Shown one piece after another: positions 16,911 through 25,652 of a stretch of 64,000 bases of DNA (position 1 is its first letter; every line of letters starts with the position of its first letter). Origin of the DNA: an uncultured Actinomycetes bacterium (lineage in GTDB: Bacteria > Actinomycetota > UBA4738 > JBBDHU01); the NCBI GenBank assembly GCA_964640385.1, contig CAZXFL010000001.1, positions 15,179-79,178 of the forward strand, in the 5' to 3' direction. The translations under genes were made by a program, and so were the position numbers. The notes beneath the pieces were generated by a model. It saw only the letters and a list, made by a program, of their open reading frames with translations, searched no databases and was not told the DNA's origin.

Positions 16911-16913
16911 GCG

Positions 16914-19172
16914 TTAGGCGCCATCAGGTTCAGGAGGGTCGGGGCGGAATCGCGCCTTCGCGCCCCATTTGGTGACCAGCCACAGGGCCTCGTAAACGAT
17001 GCGGCGGGAGATCTTGGATGTACCGTGCTCCCGTTCGCGGAAGGTGATCGGGACCTCGGCGAGCATGTACCCCTCCAGCCAGGTGCGGTACGCGAGCTCG
17101 ATCTGGAAGCCGTACCCCTCACTCGTGATCCCCTGCGACAGCATGGACTCCAGGACCTCCCGCCGGTAGACGCGGAACCCGCTGGTGGCGTCGTTGAGGG
17201 GGAACCCAAGGCACAGACGCGCGTAGAGGTTGCCGGCCCGGGAGAGCAGGCGCCGGAACGCTCCCCAATTGGTGACCGAGCCACCAGGGACGTAGCGGCT
17301 GCCGATGGTGAGGTCGGCCGTACGGGCTCCGGCGAGGAGGCCGGGGAGCTCCTCGGGTTGGTGGGAGAGATCAGAGTCCATCTCGACCACGAGGTCGTAC
17401 CCATCGTCGATGGCGACGCGGAAGCCCTCGAGGTAGGCCGAGGCGAGTCCGGACTTCGACGGACGGCTGTGGATCCGGATCGGCGCCCCGCCGGCGGCCG
17501 CCTTCCGGACGATGTCCGCGGTCCCATCGGGGGAACTGTCGTCGACGACTAGGATGTCGATCCGCTCCGGGAGCTCCAGCAGCCTCGTCAGGACCTCGGC
17601 GATCGTGGCCGCCTCGTCGAAGGTGGGCAGGATCACCAGCGCCCGAGCATCCGCGGGAAGCGCGCCGGCGGTCCCGCGTTCCTGGCGGCGGCGAGGGACC
17701 AGGAAGGCGGTGACCACGCCGGCCGCGCAGAGCCACGTGAACCAATCTCCGTATCGGGTATAGACCGTGGTCACCGTCGACGCGGTGATCTGCCGGCGGA
17801 TCACGCCGGGTCGGAACAGCTCCGTCTGGTCGTAGACGCGGCCGTTCGGATCGATGAAGCCACTGATCCCCGTCAGACCGGCATGCACGATCCAACGCGC
17901 ATTCTCAACGGCGCGGAGCTGGCTGATCTGCAGGTGCTGCGCCGAAGCGGGCGAATACCCGTAGTTCGCGTTGTTCGTCGAGACGACGAGGAACTGGCTT
18001 CCGTCCCCCACGAGGCGGCGGTCGATCTCCGAGAACGCGTTCTCGTAGCAGATCACGCTCCCGAAGATCAAGCCCTGCAAGCGGATCGGATCGATCTGCG
18101 TTCCGGGCGTCAGATCCCGCCGGATCAGCGCCACTTCCTTGATGAATCTGCCGAGGAAGTCGCGCGCGGGGGCGTACTCGCCGAAGGGGACGAGGTGGAC
18201 CTTGTTATAGAGGTCGCGCAAGAGCCCATCCGACCCGTACAGCAGCGTGCCGTTGAACTGAACCCCGTCCGGCGGACCGGTGATCGCGCCGACGAGCGTC
18301 GGCGCTCGGAAGTCGCGTACCGCATCCGTCACGAGGCGGCCGTATGCGGGATCCAAGGTCGGATCGACGTCCAGGGCGTTCTCCGGCCAGATGACGAGAT
18401 CGGGGGGAGGGTCGCGCAGGGATCGGTGCATGTCGGCGAATCGCTCCGCGATGAGCCGGTCCTCGGTCACCTCGTCGGAGGCGTCCGGCAGGTCGATCTG
18501 GATCGCGGCGACGACAACCGCGTCCCCGTTCGGCTGGGGGATGGGGATGAGGGCGGGCGCGAGCACGATGCAGATCGCCACCCCCGTGTACGCGGCCGCC
18601 GGCCGCCACTCCCCCGCTCGTCGCAGCAGGCGCTCGCCGGACAGCAGCAATAGTCCGTTTACCAGGACGACGACGAAGGTGATCCCTCGTGCTCCGGTCA
18701 CCGAGGCGAGTGGGACCAACGTGGCGTTATCGGCCTGCGCGTAGGCTGCCTCGCCCCAAGGGAAGCCTCCCAGCGGCCAGGAGCCCCGCAGGAACTCGAG
18801 GACGGTCCAGAGAGCTGCCAGCGCCGCCATCGAACGGGCCGGGTGGTCGGGCCGCCACAGAGCCGGGGTCAGGGCCCCGAAGGCCCCTGCATACGCGGCG
18901 CACGCAACCACCAGTGCCGCCCAGGCGGGTTTGCCGAACAACATGATCCACGACAGCGAAAGGCCGAAGTACGTCAGGCCGAACACGAGGCCGACGAGCA
19001 CCCCCCGGCGCGACCGCGCTGTTCGGATCACCCAGAGCAAGGGGATGAGCGCGACGAACGCGACCGGCCACAGACCCAGCGGCGGGCCGGTCAGGAATAG
19101 CAGGACCCCGGACAGCGCCCCGAGCAGGAGCGTAACGGGGAGGGGAGGACGGCCGGGGCGGCCCCGGCTCAC
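16914..19172 (-). CDS. ppm1: bifunctional apolipoprotein N-acyltransferase / polyprenol-phosphate mannosyltransferase (Lnt-Ppm1 fusion)
   Basis: The N-terminal half is a multi-TM nitrilase-fold Lnt (CYENAF region). The C-terminal half is a GT2 Ppm1/dolichol-phosphate mannosyltransferase (LVILPTFDEAATIAEVL...DILVVDDSSPDGT). This is the same fusion as Mycobacterium tuberculosis Rv2051c. Start set to GTG 19172, which overlaps the upstream gene's stop (GTGA). Confidence 0.8.
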   Translation of the reverse strand: MSRGRPGRPPLPVTLLLGALSGVLLFLTGPPLGLWPVAFVALIPLLWVIRTARSRRGVLVGLVFGLTYFGLSLSWIMLFGKPAWAALVVACAAYAGAFGALTPALWRPDHPARSMAALAALWTVLEFLRGSWPLGGFPWGEAAYAQADNATLVPLASVTGARGITFVVVLVNGLLLLSGERLLRRAGEWRPAAAYTGVAICIVLAPALIPIPQPNGDAVVVAAIQIDLPDASDEVTEDRLIAERFADMHRSLRDPPPDLVIWPENALDVDPTLDPAYGRLVTDAVRDFRAPTLVGAITGPPDGVQFNGTLLYGSDGLLRDLYNKVHLVPFGEYAPARDFLGRFIKEVALIRRDLTPGTQIDPIRLQGLIFGSVICYENAFSEIDRRLVGDGSQFLVVSTNNANYGYSPASAQHLQISQLRAVENARWIVHAGLTGISGFIDPNGRVYDQTELFRPGVIRRQITASTVTTVYTRYGDWFTWLCAAGVVTAFLVPRRRQERGTAGALPADARALVILPTFDEAATIAEVLTRLLELPERIDILVVDDSSPDGTADIVRKAAAGGAPIRIHSRPSKSGLASAYLEGFRVAIDDGYDLVVEMDSDLSHQPEELPGLLAGARTADLTIGSRYVPGGSVTNWGAFRRLLSRAGNLYARLCLGFPLNDATSGFRVYRREVLESMLSQGITSEGYGFQIELAYRTWLEGYMLAEVPITFREREHGTSKISRRIVYEALWLVTKWGAKARFRPDPPEPDGA

Positions 19173-19558
19173 GCGCAGTCGCGGCAGAGCTGCTTCTTCT
19201 TGTCCGCCAGCTGGCTCTGGTGCTTCACGAGGTAACACCTCTTGCATACGAACTCGGTGGGTTGCGGCGGGACGACCTTGACGGCCAGCGTCTCGAGGCG
19301 TTCCTCACGCCCCAGGTTGAGGAGCGAGTCGTCGTCCTCGCCGGCCCGGACCGCCTCTTTCTTGGCCAGGAGGTCCTCGATGGACTCTACAACCGCTCCG
19401 CCCGCGGCAGCGTCGGGGGTCGCCGGAGGGACGGTCGCCTCCGCGATCTCTTCCTCGTCGGGCTCGTCGCCCTCTTCGGCGTCGTCCTCCGAATCGTCTT
19501 CGCGCTTCTCGTCGTCCGCGTCGCCCATCAACCCTGCCCCTGTCGGCGAGCCAGGCAC
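19169..19558 (-). CDS. DUF4193-family protein (acidic N-terminus, C-terminal Cys cluster)
   Basis: 129 aa. Highly acidic N-terminal half and a C-terminal FVCKRCYLVKHQSQLADKKKQLCRDCA motif, as in the actinobacterial DUF4193 family. Confidence 0.6.
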   Translation of the reverse strand: MPGSPTGAGLMGDADDEKREDDSEDDAEEGDEPDEEEIAEATVPPATPDAAAGGAVVESIEDLLAKKEAVRAGEDDDSLLNLGREERLETLAVKVVPPQPTEFVCKRCYLVKHQSQLADKKKQLCRDCA

Positions 19559-19824
19559 GCCATGCTCGCATGGCCGGGGATTCTACCCGTGCTTGGCCCC
19601 GGCGTCCGGCCATCCACGGGCGATTTCCCGAAACCTCGACGCGCGGAGGGATGTTCCCGGGGAAGGCTGATGGCGGAGGAGGAGACGCAGAGGACCCAAG
19701 AGACCTTTGGGGCCGCAACGCCGGAGCGCCGCGTTCTCTACTCAGCCTCTTGGGTCCTCGACCCTGCCGCCGGAGCGGCATAGCGTGCGTACTCTAGGAC
19801 CGGCTCCGGCGCGTGTCAAACGTC

Positions 19825-21348
19825 CTACTGAACGTACACGTCGCGGCCGAGCGAAACCGTCGTGATCGGGCGAAGCGCGGCGATGTCGTCATGGGTCGCC
19901 GGGTCCTGCTCGTACGCCGCGAAGTCCGCGTGCATCCCCGGCTCGAGGCGTCCCTTCTTGCCCTGGTGGGCCAACCGGGCCGAGCCGACGGTGGCGAGCC
20001 GGAGCGCCTCCTCGCGTCCCAGCGACTGGGCGGGGTCATGATGATGTTCGAGCGCGTGGACGCCCGCCAGAGGATCCAACGGCGTGATAGGCGTGTCAGA
20101 CCCCGCTCCCAACGTGAGCCCGCGCTCCATCATCGTCCGGAACGGGTTCATAGCCGCCGCTCGTTCCTGGCCGAGCCGCTGTTCGTAGAGCTGTCCTGGG
20201 AAGCCCCAGGTGGCGTCGAACGCCGGTTGGACCGAGATCGCAAGCCCGAGCGCCGCGGCGCGCTCGATGTGACCCTCCCCCGCCATCTCGAAGTGCTCGA
20301 TACGGTGCCGGCGCGCGCGGAAGTGGCGGCGCAACCGCGAGTCGAGCCCCCGGTACACGCGTTCCCAGGCGGCGACGGCTCGCCCGATCGCGACGTCCCC
20401 GATCGCGTGGAGTCCGACCTGGAGACCGGCGACATGTGCTTCCTGGAGGAACCCGGCGAGTTCCTCCTCGTCGATGTAGGCGACCCCGTTCCCGGGGTCG
20501 TCGACGTAGGGCGCCCCGACGAAGGCCGTCCGGGCGCCGATGGATCCGTCCATCGAGAGGTCTCCCCCGATCCGGCCCAGACCGCGTTCCATCACGAGGG
20601 GGATCTCCATCGTCGCCGCGTACGCGACGACGTCCACGGGGAGGCGCTCACGGTGCGCCAGGAGGACGTCCAAGTCTCGGGTGCCGCGGGCCGCGGGGAT
20701 CGACATCTCGTGCACGCTGGTCACCCCCCTGGCGGCAGCCACGGCCGCCGCTTGCAACTGCAGCTCCTCCAGTTCGTGATCGCTCAGCTGGTCGACGTAC
20801 CAGCGCTGCAGGGCGTCGTTCGCCGACTGCGTGACAAGGCCCGTCGGCGAGCCGGTGTCGTCCCGCAGGACGCCGGGGAGGTCAAGGATGCCGGAGCGCT
20901 CGAGTGCGGGGGTATTCGCCAGGCTGACGTGTCCGTCGGTCCGCACGCAGACCAGCGGGTGGGGGCCGATCGCATCCAACTCGGCGAGCGTCGGGACCTG
21001 CCGATCGCCCCAACGGGACTCGTCGTAGCCGTGGACGAGGATGGTGGCATCGTGCCGGCGCAGCACATCGGCCAGCGCCAGGATCAGCTCCTCTCGAGAG
21101 CCCGCCGCAGCGGCCTGCGGCCACCGCGAGCGGATGCCCGTCCCCGTCAGGTGGACGTGCGCGTCGATGAAGCCCGGCACGATGGTGGCGCCGGGCAGAT
21201 CTACCACGCGATCTGCGGGTGGAGGGTCCCCCACACCGACCCTCTCCACGTGGCGCCCATCGACTAGGAGCCAGTCGCCCGTCGCCGGCTGTCCCTGGGT
21301 CCGAACGCAGGTCGCCCGGTACAGGGTCCTGATCGCCCCATCATCCAC
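19825..21348 (-). CDS. metal-dependent amidohydrolase (Amidohydro_3 family)
   Basis: 507 aa with the HxH metal motif near the N-terminus (GFIDAHVHLTGTG) and Amidohydro_3-like C-terminal signatures. GTG start lies 7 nt after the RT stop. Confidence 0.75.
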   Translation of the reverse strand: MDDGAIRTLYRATCVRTQGQPATGDWLLVDGRHVERVGVGDPPPADRVVDLPGATIVPGFIDAHVHLTGTGIRSRWPQAAAAGSREELILALADVLRRHDATILVHGYDESRWGDRQVPTLAELDAIGPHPLVCVRTDGHVSLANTPALERSGILDLPGVLRDDTGSPTGLVTQSANDALQRWYVDQLSDHELEELQLQAAAVAAARGVTSVHEMSIPAARGTRDLDVLLAHRERLPVDVVAYAATMEIPLVMERGLGRIGGDLSMDGSIGARTAFVGAPYVDDPGNGVAYIDEEELAGFLQEAHVAGLQVGLHAIGDVAIGRAVAAWERVYRGLDSRLRRHFRARRHRIEHFEMAGEGHIERAAALGLAISVQPAFDATWGFPGQLYEQRLGQERAAAMNPFRTMMERGLTLGAGSDTPITPLDPLAGVHALEHHHDPAQSLGREEALRLATVGSARLAHQGKKGRLEPGMHADFAAYEQDPATHDDIAALRPITTVSLGRDVYVQ

Positions 21349-21357
21349 CTCCGTATC

Positions 21358-22074
21358 CTAAGGCGCTTCCTCGCGGTGGCCACCGCAGGAGGAGGTGAGG
21401 AGCAGTGCTCCCGTCAGGCGGTTGGCCTCGTGGACCGGGGCGATCCGGGTCTTCCTTGGATTCAGCCGCAGGTCGAGCACCGAGAGCGTCTCCGCGATCC
21501 GCGCCACGACCTCGTCGGCCTGTCGTTCGCCTGCAGCGGCCACGAGGATGTCATCGACCCATCGGGCGTACGCGACGCGTTGCCGCTCCAGCGATCGGTC
21601 GACCTGCTGCAGGACGGCGTTGGCCAGGACGCCCGAGCCCCGAGGCCCGACTGGGATGCCGCGGACTCCGAGAGCGACGAGCTCCTCGAGGAAGCGCCTC
21701 AGCGGTGCCACCTCCGACGGGTGGCATCCTAGCTCTAGGAGTGAGCGCTCGACCGTAGCCGGTGCGATCGATGGGAAGCAGTCCCGGATGTCGACCCGAG
21801 CGAGGACGTGACCGGAGCGTTGCAGGTGAGTCTGCGCGTTGGCGAACCGTCGCCGCGCTGCTCCGGGCCCTTCCAGCCCGCTGCCGCCACAGCTGAGGCG
21901 GTCGGTGGCGACCAACGGGGTCAGCGATCGCTCGACGTGATGGGCGATCCGCGAGACGAGCTGCGCATACCGGGCCCGTTCTCGCGCGGCGAGGTGAGTG
22001 ATGGTTCGGGTTCCGCCCATCGGCTTGGGTACGTGCGTGAACGTCGGGGCACAGGTGGCGACGATCGAGTTCAA
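21358..22074 (-). CDS. retron-type reverse transcriptase (short; lacks C-terminal X/thumb extension)
   Basis: RT motif 1 (VPKPMGGTRTI), the retron-specific NAxxH motif (ANAQTH), motif 2 (VDIRDCFPSI, like retron FFPSI), motif 4 (IPVGPRGSGVLANAVL), YxDD (YARWVDDIL) and an LTG motif (HEANRLTGALL) that aligns with the retron VTG motif. TTG start at 22074 is preceded by AGGGAGGA. The upstream part of ORF 21358..22443 is R/P/G-rich junk. Confidence 0.65.
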   Translation of the reverse strand: MNSIVATCAPTFTHVPKPMGGTRTITHLAARERARYAQLVSRIAHHVERSLTPLVATDRLSCGGSGLEGPGAARRRFANAQTHLQRSGHVLARVDIRDCFPSIAPATVERSLLELGCHPSEVAPLRRFLEELVALGVRGIPVGPRGSGVLANAVLQQVDRSLERQRVAYARWVDDILVAAAGERQADEVVARIAETLSVLDLRLNPRKTRIAPVHEANRLTGALLLTSSCGGHREEAP

Positions 22075-22285
22075 CGTTCCTCCCTCTATTCGGCCGGTTC
22101 CGGGAGGAGGTCGGACCGACCCCCTTTGTACCCGAGTGCGGGGACGCGGGCAATCGCATGTTCGGGGGAATCTCGAGTCCCCCGGAGCCAGGCCATCAGC
22201 GGCCCTTCGTACTCGGCACCACCGAACCAGCGGCCGAGCGGGCGTTCCTCCGCTGGTTATGCGGCACGCGCCTGGCATCTCCCCT

Positions 22286-22744
22286 ATGATGTTCGGCGTG
22301 CTCGACGATCGAGACCTCGAGATCCTCGCGGCCCTCCAGGAGGACGCCCGGGCGACGTATGCAGACATCGCTCGCAGGGTCGGTCTGTCCCCCTCTTCGG
22401 TCCACGACCGGGTGCGCAAGCTCGAGCAGTCGGGTGTGATCAAGGCCTACCGCGCCGAGGTCGACCCCCGGGCCCTAGGGCTCCAGGTCACTGCCCTGGT
22501 GTCCGTCAGCCCGCTCGACCCGAAGGAGCCGGACGACTTCCCCGAACGGATCGTTGATTTCGTTGAGATCGAAGACTGCCTGAGCGTGGCCGGTGCCGAA
22601 AACTACATCCTGAAGGTCCGGACGAGGACCACCGCCGAACTCGAGGATCTACTCCAGCGGCTCCGTGAGAAGGCCGAGGTTCACACCCGCACCACCGTCG
22701 TCCTCTCCATCCCCTTCGAGAGCAGGCCGGTCCTGGGCGGCTGA
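22286..22744 (+). CDS. lrp: Lrp/AsnC-family transcriptional regulator
   Basis: AsnC-type HTH (LDDRDLEILAALQEDARATYADIARRVGLSPSSVHDRVRKLEQSGVI) plus a C-terminal RAM domain. ATG 22286 chosen within ORF 21998..22744. Confidence 0.75.
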   Translation: MMFGVLDDRDLEILAALQEDARATYADIARRVGLSPSSVHDRVRKLEQSGVIKAYRAEVDPRALGLQVTALVSVSPLDPKEPDDFPERIVDFVEIEDCLSVAGAENYILKVRTRTTAELEDLLQRLREKAEVHTRTTVVLSIPFESRPVLGG

Positions 22745-22808
22745 CCCGGGGCCGCCCGTTGGCGAACGCTCTTCCGCTTGGGTCCTGCGTTCTATGCTGT
22801 TGGCTCAC

Positions 22809-24197
22809 ATGCGCTTGTACAACACGCTCACACGCGAGGTCGAAGAGGTCGTCTCGCTTGAGCACGGGCTCATCAAGATGTACACGTGCGGCCCGACCGT
22901 GTACCGCTTCGCCCACCTGGGCAACCTGCGGACATTCCTTCTGGCCGACCTCGTTCGCCGTGCATCGGAATTCGAGGGATACGACGTCACGCAGATCATG
23001 AACATCACCGACGTTGGGCATATGACCGATGAGTCCTCGGCGGCGGCCGTCGACAAGATGCAACTCGCCGCCGGCGACGAGGGCTTGGCCCCGCTGGAGA
23101 TCGCGGCGAAGTACACGGAGGCGTTCCTGGCAGACGCGGCAGCCATCGGGATCCAACCCGCGCATGGGTACCCGAAGGCAACCGAGCACATCCCGGAGAT
23201 GCTCGACCTCACGAAGACGCTCGTCGAGAAGGGCCATGCGTATGGATCGGACGGCAACGTCTACTTCGATGTGCGGTCGTTCCCGGCCTACGGGGAGCTC
23301 TCTGGGAACACCCTCGACAACCTCGTTCCCGGTCACCGCGATCTCGAGACCGCCCCGGGCAAGAGGCACCATGCGGACTTCTCGCTCTGGAAGAAGGCTG
23401 GGCCCGGTCGGCTGATGAGATGGGACAGTCCGTGGGGCGAGGGGTTCCCCGGATGGCACATCGAGTGTTCGGCGATGTCGATGAAGTACCTAGGCGACCG
23501 GTTCGACATCCACACCGGCGGCATCGACCTCACCTTCCCGCATCACGAGGACGAGATCGCCCAGTCCGAAGGAGGTGCCGGCCACCGGGTGATCAACACT
23601 TGGGTACATGGGGGCCACCTACGGCTCAAGGGCCAGAAGATCGCCAAGTCCTCCGGGAACGTGGTCCGGGTCCTCGAGGTCGTCGACCGCGGCGTCGATC
23701 CGCGTTCGTTCCGCTATCTGACGTTCCAGACCCGCTACCGGAGCGAGATGGACTTCTCGTGGGAGGCACTGGAGACTGCCGACCACCGCGTCAAGCAGCT
23801 CCGCCACCGGATGGCGGAGTGGTCCCCCGCGGCGGCTGAGCCGGGTCCCGAGGCTCAGACGTTCGACGAACGTTTCCGCGAGGCGGTCGCGACCGATCTG
23901 GACATGCCGAAGGCGGTCGTGATCCTGAACGAGCTGGTGTCCTCCGGGGCCGTGCCCGACGCAGAGAAGTACGCGCTGCTTGCGTCGTGGGACGAGGTCC
24001 TCGGGCTGGACCTGGAGCGGGAGGCCCGCGCCGGCTGGGAACCGACGGCGGGGATGCGCGCGTTGGTCGATGAACGCGACGCGTCCCGGGCGGCCAAGGA
24101 CTTCGCCAAGGCCGACGGGCTGCGCGATCGGCTCCAGGCGATGGGCCTGGAGGTCATGGACAGCGCCGAAGGGACCAAGGTTCGGCCTCGAGACTAA
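22809..24197 (+). CDS. cysS: cysteine--tRNA ligase
   Basis: HIGH-region (CGPTVYRFAHLGN), KMSKS-like (KIAKSSGN), zinc ligands and a C-terminal DALSR anticodon-binding domain. 462 aa, consistent with CysS rather than the shorter MshC. Confidence 0.85.
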   Translation: MRLYNTLTREVEEVVSLEHGLIKMYTCGPTVYRFAHLGNLRTFLLADLVRRASEFEGYDVTQIMNITDVGHMTDESSAAAVDKMQLAAGDEGLAPLEIAAKYTEAFLADAAAIGIQPAHGYPKATEHIPEMLDLTKTLVEKGHAYGSDGNVYFDVRSFPAYGELSGNTLDNLVPGHRDLETAPGKRHHADFSLWKKAGPGRLMRWDSPWGEGFPGWHIECSAMSMKYLGDRFDIHTGGIDLTFPHHEDEIAQSEGGAGHRVINTWVHGGHLRLKGQKIAKSSGNVVRVLEVVDRGVDPRSFRYLTFQTRYRSEMDFSWEALETADHRVKQLRHRMAEWSPAAAEPGPEAQTFDERFREAVATDLDMPKAVVILNELVSSGAVPDAEKYALLASWDEVLGLDLEREARAGWEPTAGMRALVDERDASRAAKDFAKADGLRDRLQAMGLEVMDSAEGTKVRPRD

Positions 24198-24238
24198 CTT
24201 CCCCGGGCCGGTCGTTCCCCGCTGCTAGGCTCCCCCCC

Positions 24239-24748
24239 ATGTCCGACACTTCCGGCAACGGGGACCTGAAAGCGGTCCCTACGCACGTGCCGTTGTGGAT
24301 GGCACTGTTGTCCATCGGCCTGGCGGTCGGCATCACGACGCTCTTGCTACTCGTACTCGTCGGGGAGACGACGGGGCCCGGCCAGGTGGTCGGCGAGTTC
24401 TACGAAGCGGCTCGCTCAGGCGACTGCGATGCCGCCTCCGGCCTCTTCGATGCGACGGTGATCGCGGAAGGCCCGGACCTCTGTGCGGCTCTTCCTCCCC
24501 CCGACTCGGTGCCCACACACAAGATCGATTCGGTCACGCTCGAAGGTGAGGGGGGTGCGACCGCTCGTGTGAAGGTGATCGAAGGCGACGACGAGGCCGT
24601 GGTCATCGTTTGGGGCCTTCGCCGCGACGGCGACGCCTGGGCCATCGTCGCGGTACCGTGCTACGGCGCATTCCGCGGACTGGCAGAGGCATCCTTGGTG
24701 ACCCCGATGCCGCTCGTGCAGGGCGGCGAGGGTTGCACTGGGACCTAG
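24239..24748 (+). CDS. hypothetical membrane-anchored protein
   Basis: 169 aa with an N-terminal TM helix (VPLWMALLSIGLAVGITTLLLLVLV). No recognised domain. Confidence 0.5.
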   Translation: MSDTSGNGDLKAVPTHVPLWMALLSIGLAVGITTLLLLVLVGETTGPGQVVGEFYEAARSGDCDAASGLFDATVIAEGPDLCAALPPPDSVPTHKIDSVTLEGEGGATARVKVIEGDDEAVVIVWGLRRDGDAWAIVAVPCYGAFRGLAEASLVTPMPLVQGGEGCTGT

Positions 24749-25650
24749 AGCTTCAGGTTCACTGCCGAAGGCATGACGACTACCTTCGCTGGCGTAGTTC
24801 CGATCACCTGACCGTCCGCGTGCACCGGCATCGGGCGATCCGCCTCGACGCCGACGCCGATCTTCGCGCGGAGCTCGGCGAGGTGAGGAGAGGGGACGTG
24901 CTCGCCGCGGGACATCTTCGACATCAGCGTGAACTGGTCCGAGCGAGGCCCGTGCCATACGAGGATGTCGAGTACGCCGTCCCCCGGGTAGGAGCGGGGC
25001 GAAACGCGGAGCCCCCGGAAGAAGTTGCAGTTGCCCACGATGACCTCGTACCCGCGCCCTTCCCACTCCTTGCGGTCCGCGCGGACGTGCAACTCCGCCA
25101 TCGGGGCACGCGCCAGGGCGGACCAGAACGCGACGAAGCGCCGGCCGCCGCCGCCGAGGAAGTGCGGCAGCCGGCGCTCGCGGCGCAGCATGTCGGCTGT
25201 CGAGCCGATCATCGCAACCAGCGCGAAGTGCCGCATGATCTCGCCCCCGTCCGGTCCGGCACATGTGATCCGTCCGATGTCGAGCGGATAGTGGTTCTCG
25301 CCGAGGAGATGCCGCGCCGCGGCCGGCCCGGCGGGCAGTCCGAACGTCTTGATGAGATCGCTTTCGGGGTCCGTCGAGATCATCCCGAGGGTGAGAGCCC
25401 TGTCGGCGGATGAGGTCGTCAGGGCCGCATCGACCGCGTCGTTGAAGGTCCGGTCATCACCGACGATCGCCAGGAATCGCTCCCCCCGGGACATGGCACC
25501 GAAGACCATCTCGCGGACGCCGCTGCCATCGGCCCGCCGATGGGGGCACCCACGATCGTCGAGGAAATCCGCTGCAGCGGATCCGGTAGACCCGGCGTCG
25601 GCGATCCGAGGATCGGCGACGAAGGTCACCGGGCCGAAGGATTCCTCCAC
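24745..25650 (-). CDS. diacylglycerol-kinase catalytic-domain family lipid kinase (divergent)
   Basis: DAGK_cat-like layout but with a degenerate GGDG motif (IVGDDRTF). Second lipid-kinase paralog flanking helY. Confidence 0.55.
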   Translation of the reverse strand: MEESFGPVTFVADPRIADAGSTGSAAADFLDDRGCPHRRADGSGVREMVFGAMSRGERFLAIVGDDRTFNDAVDAALTTSSADRALTLGMISTDPESDLIKTFGLPAGPAAARHLLGENHYPLDIGRITCAGPDGGEIMRHFALVAMIGSTADMLRRERRLPHFLGGGGRRFVAFWSALARAPMAELHVRADRKEWEGRGYEVIVGNCNFFRGLRVSPRSYPGDGVLDILVWHGPRSDQFTLMSKMSRGEHVPSPHLAELRAKIGVGVEADRPMPVHADGQVIGTTPAKVVVMPSAVNLKL

Positions 25651-25652
25651 TG

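Noticed and set aside
16718-17527. N-terminal 270 aa of ORF 16055..17527, as part of the methyltransferase
   Set aside because: Low-complexity S/P/R-rich translation antisense to the ppm1 C-terminal domain. Only the last 220 aa form a recognisable SAM-MTase.
19813-21267. 484-aa plus-strand ORF opposite the amidohydrolase, and similar large antisense ORFs at 38833..40518, 43462..45156 and 59962..61692
   Set aside because: Same high-GC artefact pattern (R/P/G-rich, no motifs). They are antisense to well-supported genes (amidohydrolase, dop/mpa, htrA, phosphatase, peptide-binding protein).
22075-22443. N-terminal 123 aa of ORF 21358..22443, as a longer RT start
   Set aside because: The segment is R/P/G-rich junk and overlaps the divergent lrp gene. 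A TTG at 22074 with a strong AGGGAGGA RBS gives a start just before RT motif 1.
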